The notes under the pieces: model-generated
Database searches by the model: none
Told to the model about the DNA's origin: nothing
Seen by the model: the letters and a program-made list of their open reading frames with translations, nothing else
Position numbers and translations under genes: made by a program
Part shown: positions 7,640-14,655 of the stretch, in pieces
How positions within the stretch are numbered: position 1 is the first letter of the stretch
Layout of the letters: every line of letters starts with the position of its first letter
From: a bacterium
GTDB taxonomy: Bacteria > Zhuqueibacterota > Zhuqueibacteria > Oceanimicrobiales > Oceanimicrobiaceae
NCBI GenBank assembly: GCA_046757525.1
Contig: JBHHYI010000083.1
Span: 1-18,576, forward strand
Direction of reading: 5' to 3'
DNA length: 18,576 nt

Positions 7640-9763
7640 ATGAAAAAACTAAACATCTTAATGGGCAACAACACTCTCAGCCTCCTGGCCGGGACAGAAA
7701 CCTGGACGTACACCTTAGCGGTGGAATTGAAGCGCAAGGGGCATGGGGTTTCCGTTTACTCCAACGATCTGGGCATCGCTGCAAGCAAGTTGGAGCAGGC
7801 GGAGGTCCCTTGTCTTGCAACTCTTGACCGGAATGGGGCTGCTCGAAACAGAGACGGCACAGTTTTCGATATCCTCATCGCCAATCATCATGACACGATT
7901 ACCTATCTGCACAATGTGTTTCCAGAACTGCCCATCATCGCCACGTGCCACGGCATCACGCACTATTTATCGGATGGTCAACGCACCCCGGAGCATCCAA
8001 TCATCGATTTCAAGGTGGCACACCACGTGGTGGTTTCCGAAGAATTACAAATATTGCTCAAACAGGTTTACTACCTGGATTCAATTCTCGTCAGGAACTT
8101 TGTTGACACGCGCAGATTCTGTTATTGCAAACCCCGAAGCGCAATTCGAAAAATACTCTTTAATAGCAACTATTCCGGGACGGACAGCGAAGTTTTCTCC
8201 GTAGTCCAGGAAGTGGCCAGGTATTTCAACGCGGAACTGCTGACCCTGGGACAGAATTTCGAGAGAACCTGGGAAGTGGAAAAGTGGTTAGCCGAAGTCG
8301 ACGTGGTATTTTCAATGGGCCGCGGCATCCTGGAAGCCATGGCCATGGGAAAAGTGGCTGTCTGTCACGGTCGCTGGGGAACGGGCGGGATTGTACATGC
8401 AGGCAACGTGAAAAAACTGAGACAAAGAAATTTTTCGGGCAGACACGCGCAGGGGAAATTGGAGAGTGCCAGAAAAATTGCCGCGGAGATAGACAGATTC
8501 TTCAATGAGCCTCACTTAAACGAGATGAGGAAGTACGTGGAAAGTAATCACAATGTGGAGACTGCGGCGCGGACCTACCTCGACTTAGCCAACGAGTTTT
8601 TGCCGTCAAATACCAATGGTGAGAAGGGCAGTTGCGGCCGAACAGGCGCTTATGCGAATGTAGTCAACGAGCCCATCGAGGCACTGTACACTCGGGGCAG
8701 TACGTTGGTCGCCGACGGGGACTTAAAAGGGGGACTGCAGTTTCTCTCGCGGGTCCTTGAATTACAACCCAGACATTTTGAAACTTTGATGTTGATGGGT
8801 GGTCTGTACGAAAGACTTGGCAAGCGAAAGGAAGCCCGGCGTTTGTGGGAGCTGGCACTTAGTGCGCACCCTGACGATTTGACTGTTCTAAAAAGACTTG
8901 GTAAGCCGGTCGACTGTTCCATCGTCATCCCTGTTTTCAACCAACTCCAGTTTACCAGGCAGTGTCTCAAGCGGATTCGAATGAACACCCCTCAGGATTG
9001 CTATGAAATCGTTGTGGTGGACAACCATTCAACCGACGGCACCAAAGAGTATCTGCAGGGATTAAACGATGTGCGAGTAATTAGCAACGACGCGAACTTA
9101 GGCTTTGCCATCGCCTGCAATCAAGGAGCAAAGGCAGCGCTGCACGAATTTCTTTTATTTTTGAACAACGATGTGGAAGTGCAGTCGGGTTGGTTGGAGC
9201 CTCTAATCAGCACCTTGTTGAACGATCCAGATGTGGCAGTGGCTGGTTCCAAATTGCTTTATCCTGACGGGAAGATTCAGCACGCAGGTGTGATTACGGT
9301 TGACGACAGAGAATATGGCCATCCGGTGAATCCTTGGCACGTTTACTATCGCCTGGACGGAACGCTGCCACAGGCAAACATCCCGCGCGAATACTCGGCT
9401 GTGACGGGTGCCTGTTTGCTGACCCGGAAAAGCCTATTTGAGCGACTTGGTGGTTTTGACCAGGCCTTTCGCAATGGCTACGAAGATGTGGATTACTGTT
9501 ACAAGGTTGGCGCCTGCGGCTACAAGATTGTGTACAGGCCTGAAAGCGTGGCCATCCACCACGAGTCTAAAAGCGGCACGGAGCGATTCGCTTACGAAGA
9601 CACTAATTTTCAATTGTTGGTGTCGCGCTGGCGAGGCAAGGCCCCAATCGACATAAGAAGGTTCGGTGTGGGGCGCAAGGAATTCTTACGGCCCTTCAAA
9701 ACCTACCTGGGGCCAAAGAAAAAACAATGGAGCGTGCACCTGCAAGCAGGTCAGGCCAAATAG
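7640..9763 (+). CDS. Multidomain glycosyltransferase: GT4-like, TPR, then GT2
   Basis: N-terminal AGTETWTYTLAVELKRKGH and VFSMGRGILEAMAMGK; central TPR-like FLSRVLELQPRH...ARRLWELALSAHP; C-terminal CSIVIPVFNQ, VVDNHSTDGT, NLGFAIACNQG, LFLNNDV, GGFDQAFRNGYEDVDYC. Confidence 0.92.
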   Translation: MKKLNILMGNNTLSLLAGTETWTYTLAVELKRKGHGVSVYSNDLGIAASKLEQAEVPCLATLDRNGAARNRDGTVFDILIANHHDTITYLHNVFPELPIIATCHGITHYLSDGQRTPEHPIIDFKVAHHVVVSEELQILLKQVYYLDSILVRNFVDTRRFCYCKPRSAIRKILFNSNYSGTDSEVFSVVQEVARYFNAELLTLGQNFERTWEVEKWLAEVDVVFSMGRGILEAMAMGKVAVCHGRWGTGGIVHAGNVKKLRQRNFSGRHAQGKLESARKIAAEIDRFFNEPHLNEMRKYVESNHNVETAARTYLDLANEFLPSNTNGEKGSCGRTGAYANVVNEPIEALYTRGSTLVADGDLKGGLQFLSRVLELQPRHFETLMLMGGLYERLGKRKEARRLWELALSAHPDDLTVLKRLGKPVDCSIVIPVFNQLQFTRQCLKRIRMNTPQDCYEIVVVDNHSTDGTKEYLQGLNDVRVISNDANLGFAIACNQGAKAALHEFLLFLNNDVEVQSGWLEPLISTLLNDPDVAVAGSKLLYPDGKIQHAGVITVDDREYGHPVNPWHVYYRLDGTLPQANIPREYSAVTGACLLTRKSLFERLGGFDQAFRNGYEDVDYCYKVGACGYKIVYRPESVAIHHESKSGTERFAYEDTNFQLLVSRWRGKAPIDIRRFGVGRKEFLRPFKTYLGPKKKQWSVHLQAGQAK

Positions 9764-9770
9764 AGTTTTT

Positions 9771-10040
9771 GTAACTGTTCAGCTATTGACATTTAGCTGT
9801 TGGCCATTGCCGAGGGTTGCAGTCGAAGCCGTCAACTAGATTTCAAACGGTTCCTGGAAGTGTGCTAAGCTATTTGAAAAGCAAGCCTTTACATATGGAG
9901 TGCAGTAACTATTTAGCCTGTCGTCATTCCTGCACGTTTTAAGCAGGAATCCATGTTTTGCTGATGTTCAGAATAGTCTGGAAGTCGCATGACTTATGGA
10001 TTCCCGATAAGCACTCGGGAATGACAAGCTGAATAGTCAC
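9771..10040. mobile_element. MITE-like non-autonomous element (270 bp) with 14-bp terminal inverted repeats and a candidate 8-bp target-site duplication
   Basis: Left GTAACTGTTCAGCT (9771-9784) vs right AGCTGAATAGTCAC (10027-10040), 12/14 match as an inverted repeat. Flanks GAGTTTTT (9763-9770) and GAATTTTT (10041-10048) match 7/8. A third copy GTAACTATTTAGCC lies at 9905-9918. No ORF from the track lies inside it. Confidence 0.6.
9923..10025. repeat. Inverted REP doublet of the GTCATTCC...GGAATCC type
   Basis: GTCATTCCTGC-ACGTTTTAA-GCAGGAATCCAT (9923-9954) and ATGGATTCCCGA-TAAGCAC-TCGGGAATGAC (9996-10025); each is a hairpin and the two are inverted relative to each other. Confidence 0.8.
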
Positions 10041-10061
10041 GAATTTTTTTTGAATTGGGTA

Positions 10062-10088
10062 GCAAGGGGTTCTGATTGCATCCGATAA
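10062..10088 (+). promoter_or_regulatory. Putative sigma28 (FliA) promoter for fliS-fliD-fliT-flgM
   Basis: GCAAG-N14-TCCGATAA, close to the TCAAG/TAAAG-N14-GCCGATAA consensus, 49 bp before the fliS ATG, which has a GGGAG RBS. Confidence 0.7.
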
Positions 10089-10137
10089 TAGAAATAAGTA
10101 AAACCCTTGAATCGAAATAAATCCTGGGAGAAAACAG

Positions 10138-10479
10138 ATGTCCGCTCAATTTCCTGCTAAGGGCTTCAAGTCGGCGATGAATCCCTACCTTTACCAGCAG
10201 ATTCGGACAGCGAGTCCGGAAAAATTGATATTAATTCTTTACGATCTGGGTATCAAGAGTTGCTCGACGAAGGATCGCCAAATGGCTGCCCAAGTTTTGG
10301 CCGAGCTCATCGGCGTTCTCGATTTCGAGCAGAAGGACATGGCATTGCAATTCTTCGATCTGTACAATTATGCGCTGGCTCAGGTGCACCAGAACAATTT
10401 TGACGCCGCCCTGGTGGTCCTAAGGGAACTGAGGGACGTGTGGCAAGCCGCAGTTTTAAAGCAAGCCAGAAACAATTAA
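10138..10479 (+). CDS. fliS: Flagellin export chaperone FliS
   Basis: NPYLYQQIRTASPEKLILILYD, AQVLAELIGVLDFE, FFDLYNY and VLRELRDVWQ match FliS motifs. Confidence 0.93.
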   Translation: MSAQFPAKGFKSAMNPYLYQQIRTASPEKLILILYDLGIKSCSTKDRQMAAQVLAELIGVLDFEQKDMALQFFDLYNYALAQVHQNNFDAALVVLRELRDVWQAAVLKQARNN

Positions 10480-10495
10480 TTGAAGGCTGAGACGC

Positions 10496-11977
10496 ATGGG
10501 GTTAGACATATTTGCAAGTGGCAGCTCGAGTATCGACAGGCTCATTTCGAGCATCATTCAGCTCGAATCAAGACCGAAGGTTGCGCTTGAGGATAAGAAG
10601 ACAGAGCTCAACAATAGAAACGGGGTCCTAAACGATCTCGATTCCAAGCTCTCCGCCCTGAACAGCCTGGCTGAACGGTTGACCGATCCGATTACGGACT
10701 ACTTCGCCGGCAAGTCGGCCTCGACCAGCGATTCTGATTTCTTGACAGCGTCCGCCACCTCGTCTGCACTGGCCGGCAGCCACGATGTCTCTATTCAGCG
10801 CCTGGCCAGCGCCGACACCCGAGTCTCCAAGCAGTTCACCCAGACCGGCACGGCCTTGACTACGTTTTTTAGTACCAACGGCTCTCAGACCTTTCAGATC
10901 GAAGTTGCACACCCTACCACGTCGGACGCTAACAATCGCGTGTCCATCTCAGTGTCTGTTAATTCGACCAGTGCAAACGACGATGACGTGCTCGACGACA
11001 TTGCGCTGGCGGTCAACAATGCCATGAGCGCCGCGGTGACGGCCGGCACCATCACTGCAGACGAGAAGGCAACCGCTTCCGTGGTGCATGAAGATAGCAG
11101 CACCAGCCGCCTCACCTTCAAGAGCGGACAGTCTGGTTTTACTTATCGCATGGTGCAGACAGACTCGACCAATTCGCTGTTGTCCACTCTGGAAATCAAC
11201 AACGCGGTTCAAGCCTCAGGTACCTCCGGTGGTTTCATAACCGCCATTGGCACTAGCGCCACAAACAGTTCCTTGAATTCACAACTGCTCATAGATGGCT
11301 TGACATTTTATCGCGACAGCAATTCCGTCGATGACGTCATCGACGGCGTGACGCTCACCTTGAAGAACGTGACCACCTCATCTGAAAGCGTGCAGGTCTC
11401 GGCGGATGTGGCGGCAGTAAAAAAAGAAGTTGAAGATTTTCTTAACGCTTACAATGACGCCTTGAGTTTTCTTCATGACAAAACCACCGTAGATAGCGAC
11501 ACTCTGGTGAGGGGACCGCTGGCCGGAGACAGCACCTATCGCGGGCTGCGAACAACGTTGCGGGGCATCATAACCGGACAGGTGACCAGCGTAGCCTCAG
11601 GCAACCCTGATTATTTGTTTGAAATTGGCATCACAGCCGCCAGCGATGGAAGTTTGAGCATTACAGATGACCAAAAATTCGAGGATGCTTTGAGCGCGGG
11701 CTCCACCGCAATCTCCGACTTGTTTAATTCGACCAATGGCGTGGCCACGCAGATCAAGAGTACGCTCGATGATTATGTTAAAGTTGGGGGGATAATTGAC
11801 GATGGTCAAACTAGCATAACCGACAGGATTACGAGCCTCGATTTTCGCATTTCGAGATTGGATGATCTCCTGAACAAACGCGAGCTCCAATTGAGGACTC
11901 AATTTGGAAGAATGCAGCAAACGGCAGCCATTTTTCAGCAGCAACAAGCCACGTTTCGCAGCGTCTTTAGGTTCTAA
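10496..11977 (+). CDS. fliD: Flagellar filament cap protein FliD (HAP2)
   Basis: N-terminal IDRLISSIIQLESRP, ALAGSHDVSIQRLA, IDGLTFYRDSNSVDDVIDGVTLTLK, VEDFLNAYND, GPLAGDS and C-terminal LRTQFGRMQ; Ser/Thr/Ala-rich. Confidence 0.95.
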   Translation: MGLDIFASGSSSIDRLISSIIQLESRPKVALEDKKTELNNRNGVLNDLDSKLSALNSLAERLTDPITDYFAGKSASTSDSDFLTASATSSALAGSHDVSIQRLASADTRVSKQFTQTGTALTTFFSTNGSQTFQIEVAHPTTSDANNRVSISVSVNSTSANDDDVLDDIALAVNNAMSAAVTAGTITADEKATASVVHEDSSTSRLTFKSGQSGFTYRMVQTDSTNSLLSTLEINNAVQASGTSGGFITAIGTSATNSSLNSQLLIDGLTFYRDSNSVDDVIDGVTLTLKNVTTSSESVQVSADVAAVKKEVEDFLNAYNDALSFLHDKTTVDSDTLVRGPLAGDSTYRGLRTTLRGIITGQVTSVASGNPDYLFEIGITAASDGSLSITDDQKFEDALSAGSTAISDLFNSTNGVATQIKSTLDDYVKVGGIIDDGQTSITDRITSLDFRISRLDDLLNKRELQLRTQFGRMQQTAAIFQQQQATFRSVFRF

Positions 11978-12003
11978 CAAACGAAAAATGAAAGAACGTT
12001 GAT

Positions 12004-12378
12004 GTGCTCATGACCCAAACACCGACAGCAGACACCGAGGTTCGGGAAATCCTCCGTGGGCTAAATGAAATTACCCAGAACATGCCAGCATTGCTGGAGC
12101 GTGCTGATTGGGACGCGTTAACAGAACAACTCGAAAAACGTGCGGCCTTGTTGCACAAAATGGAAGTCCACAAACGTGGTCAAATCGCAGATCGACAGGA
12201 TATGGATTTGGTTGGGTCTTATACCGCGCTGAATGACAGAATCATCGCCTGCCTAAAACAGCAAATGGGAAGCACGTTAGATTCGTTAGAATCGTTGAGG
12301 ATAGAAAAAAGAGCCATTGGAAACTTACAGGCTATTGCTAATAAACGAAATAGACACAGAGTTAATTTTCAATACTAA
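12004..12378 (+). CDS. Small helical protein, probable FliT-like cap chaperone
   Basis: Directly after fliD; ALLERADWDALTEQLEKRAALL resembles the FliT/FlgN helical-bundle pattern. Start is GTG 12004 or ATG 12010. Confidence 0.6.
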   Translation: MLMTQTPTADTEVREILRGLNEITQNMPALLERADWDALTEQLEKRAALLHKMEVHKRGQIADRQDMDLVGSYTALNDRIIACLKQQMGSTLDSLESLRIEKRAIGNLQAIANKRNRHRVNFQY

Positions 12379-12417
12379 AGTCATTTTCAACATAAAAAAT
12401 ACACAGAGGGTGCTATT

Positions 12418-12762
12418 ATGGAGATTAAAGATTTAGGCAATTTGCCTCTCCCAAAAAAGATCGAAAAGAGTACCCACGACAAAATCCAACTGAAAAAAGT
12501 ACAGAACAAGACGTCCACCCAGACAAAAAACATCAGTGAAGGAGATCAAGTCGAAATCTCGGACAAAGCCAAAGAACTGCAAGAATCTGGCGATGAGATC
12601 AAGGTGGCCAGAGAGCTGCTAACAAAACTACCCAGCGCTCGAGCTCATGTTATTTTTGAAGCGCTGGCAAAATTGAAAGCAGGGCTATATTCAAGCGACC
12701 AAATCATGCAGGAAGCCGCTTCAAAGTTGCTCCAGAATGGGGAGCTCGATGATTTGAAGTAG
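12418..12762 (+). CDS. flgM: Anti-sigma28 factor FlgM-like protein
   Basis: Lys/Thr-rich low-complexity N-terminus, GDQVEISDKAKEL motif, C-terminal AKLKAGLYSSDQIMQEAASKLL; GAGGG RBS; flagellar context. Confidence 0.75.
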   Translation: MEIKDLGNLPLPKKIEKSTHDKIQLKKVQNKTSTQTKNISEGDQVEISDKAKELQESGDEIKVARELLTKLPSARAHVIFEALAKLKAGLYSSDQIMQEAASKLLQNGELDDLK

Positions 12763-12765
12763 CCC

Positions 12766-12807
12766 TGACATTGGTCCCACCCCGGTGTCACCAACTGTTT
12801 CTTTTTC
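12766..12807 (+). terminator. Possible intrinsic terminator after flgM
   Basis: TGACATTGG(12766-12774)/CCGGTGTCA(12782-12790) stem with two G-U pairs, followed after a few bases by TGTTTCTTTTTC. Confidence 0.35.
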
Positions 12808-12859
12808 TGTACGCGTCGTGAGCAGTGCCATAGTGAACGGTGTCACACACTCTTGCGTG

Positions 12860-12901
12860 TTGTGGAAACAACCCCGCGGCTAAGGTTCCACAATTGTGGA
12901 A
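12860..12901. promoter_or_regulatory. Candidate upstream activator or operator site (three TTGTGGAA half-sites)
   Basis: TTGTGGAA at 12860-12867 and a perfect 16-bp palindrome TTCCACAATTGTGGAA at 12886-12901, about 130-170 bp upstream of the sigma54-like site. Confidence 0.5.
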
Positions 12902-13025
12902 TCTCTCCCTCATCGAATAGTGGCAATCTCTAAAATCTATTTGGGTCCTCAATTTTATGCTCTTGTTATTTAAGATGTTATATGCTTCTGTTTTCCTGAT
13001 GGGCCGCCATTTAGACCAGAGGGTT

Positions 13026-13042
13026 CTGGTACGGTGGTTGCA
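13026..13042 (+). promoter_or_regulatory. Putative sigma54 (RpoN) -24/-12 promoter
   Basis: CTGGTACGGTGGTTGCA vs consensus YTGGCACG-N3-TTGCW; the GG and GC are separated by exactly 10 nt, about 80 bp before ATG 13122. Confidence 0.75.
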
Positions 13043-13121
13043 GAATCAGATGAAAAATGTCTGCTCAGGGACGAACTATTTGGTTGATTGATCTTGTGGA
13101 TAATAATACTTACTGGCTGTT

Positions 13122-13502
13122 ATGGCTAATAACCGTTTAAAAATACTCATCGTGGACGATGATTTTACTTCCAGACGATTGATTGGGCGTTTTATCCAAA
13201 GCAACTGGACATGTAGCATTATTGATGCGCAAGATGGGTCCCAGGCTCTCGGGTTGATGTTAAAAGAGGCCCCCGATCTTGTTATATTGGACATGATGAT
13301 GCCCTTCATGGACGGACTGCAGGTGCTCAAAACCATGCGCAGTAATTCGCGCTTAGCCCATATACCCGTGATAGCCTGTACCGCAGTCGATGACAAATCA
13401 ACAGTCGTAGACATAATAAAGCTGGGGATCGATGATTATGTCATTAAGCCTGTTGACAAAAAAAACCTGATAAAGAAGATTTCACAGTTGCTAAAGAAGT
13501 AA
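13122..13502 (+). CDS. Single-domain CheY-like response regulator
   Basis: KILIVDDD, PDLVILDMMMPFMDG (phospho-Asp), IPVIACTA (Thr) and DDYVIKP (Tyr, Lys); no output domain. Confidence 0.92.
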   Translation: MANNRLKILIVDDDFTSRRLIGRFIQSNWTCSIIDAQDGSQALGLMLKEAPDLVILDMMMPFMDGLQVLKTMRSNSRLAHIPVIACTAVDDKSTVVDIIKLGIDDYVIKPVDKKNLIKKISQLLKK

Positions 13503-13527
13503 GTAATTTCATTTGAGGATGACTGAA

Positions 13528-14559
13528 ATGGCGAAGGGATTGTCCCAGAAAGACATAGATGCTCTTTTTTCAAAAGTCCAATCAGAATCAGAATCCGACA
13601 ATAATCATGAGATCTCGGCTCAGAAAACAGTTTACCCATATAACTTCAGGTCTAAGAAAAAAATCGACCAGAGTTGTTTTGCAATAATTGAGAGTATACA
13701 CAAGAAGTTCTTGAGAAATTTCGAGGTCACTTTAACCAACCTTCTCAACAAACCGGTCATAGCTTCCGTGGCCGCAGCCACGGAATTGTCCTACTCTGAA
13801 TATACAGACTCGATTTCACCCCCCACTTGTTTGTACCTATTGAATCTCAGGCCCGTTTCCGGTAGATTTTTGGTAGAACTCGATCCCAATTTTGCATTTT
13901 TCGTCATCGACAAGGTTCTTGGCGGCAGTGGCACCGTGGATGCTACGTTGAGGAGAGAGCTGAGTATCATCGAAGAAAGAATCATGTACCGCGTCATTAA
14001 CATGCTGCTGCACGACTTGAAAGACGCCTGGAAAATGGTTATCAATCTGGAATTCGAGGTTGAAGGGTATTATTCGCAATCTGATTATATTCAAGCGTTG
14101 CGTGGGGGGGAAAGAATTTTGCTGATTTCAATGGAAATACGCGGAGGCGAGACCATCATAGGCTTTCTTAATTTGTGTTTGCCAATTGGCATTTTGGACC
14201 CACTGCTGTGGAAATACAAAGAACGTGAAAAAACTGTCGCATTAAAACGCTCAGAAAAGGAGATAACCAACGACAGAAAGATCATCTCGCAACAGATCAC
14301 TAAGTCTATTGTGCCGTTAAGGGTTGTGTTGGGCGAAACGGCGATCTCCGTAAGCGATTTGTTGAAAATGGAAATCGGGGACATACTGTGCTTGAAGTCG
14401 GAGGCCAACAAACCTTTGGAGATATTCCTGGGCAATTTGAAAATGTACCAGGGAATGCTGTTCAACAAAGAAAACTTCCTGGCTGTAAGAATTTCGGCGA
14501 CAGTCAAAAATGCCAATGGCAAGCGTGGTCATGGAACAGACGCAACTCCCACAACTTAG
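13528..14559 (+). CDS. fliM: Flagellar motor switch protein FliM (no neighbouring switch genes)
   Basis: N-terminal LSQKDIDALF (CheY-P-binding LSQxEIDxLL motif), IDKVLGGSG...RELSIIEE, GFLNLCLP and C-terminal SPOA-like VVLGETAISVSDLLKMEIGDIL. ATG 13528 chosen because GAGGA lies at 13515-13519. Confidence 0.92.
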   Translation: MAKGLSQKDIDALFSKVQSESESDNNHEISAQKTVYPYNFRSKKKIDQSCFAIIESIHKKFLRNFEVTLTNLLNKPVIASVAAATELSYSEYTDSISPPTCLYLLNLRPVSGRFLVELDPNFAFFVIDKVLGGSGTVDATLRRELSIIEERIMYRVINMLLHDLKDAWKMVINLEFEVEGYYSQSDYIQALRGGERILLISMEIRGGETIIGFLNLCLPIGILDPLLWKYKEREKTVALKRSEKEITNDRKIISQQITKSIVPLRVVLGETAISVSDLLKMEIGDILCLKSEANKPLEIFLGNLKMYQGMLFNKENFLAVRISATVKNANGKRGHGTDATPTT

Positions 14560-14655
14560 GGTATTCGTAACAGGATGAAATTAAAAATGCCGTCGAAACG
14601 TCAACTTGGGATGGGGGGAGAGCTGGTGCATAATCGACCGTTCAAAAGGACTCCG

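Noticed and set aside
9771..10040. CRISPR array
   Set aside because: The repeats are inverted and irregularly spaced, with no direct repeat-spacer periodicity and no cas genes.
12376..12417. Separate sigma28 promoter for flgM (TAAAG at 12376)
   Set aside because: No CCGAT-type -10 element at the required spacing.
12860..13103. Replication origin (oriC)
   Set aside because: Only one perfect DnaA box, the others having 1-2 mismatches to TTWTNCACA; no dnaA/dnaN-type neighbours; a sigma54 promoter explains the region better.
13122..13502. Calling this gene cheY or a Cle-type c-di-GMP effector
   Set aside because: No che operon context and no arginine-rich C-terminal extension; only 'CheY-like receiver' is supported.
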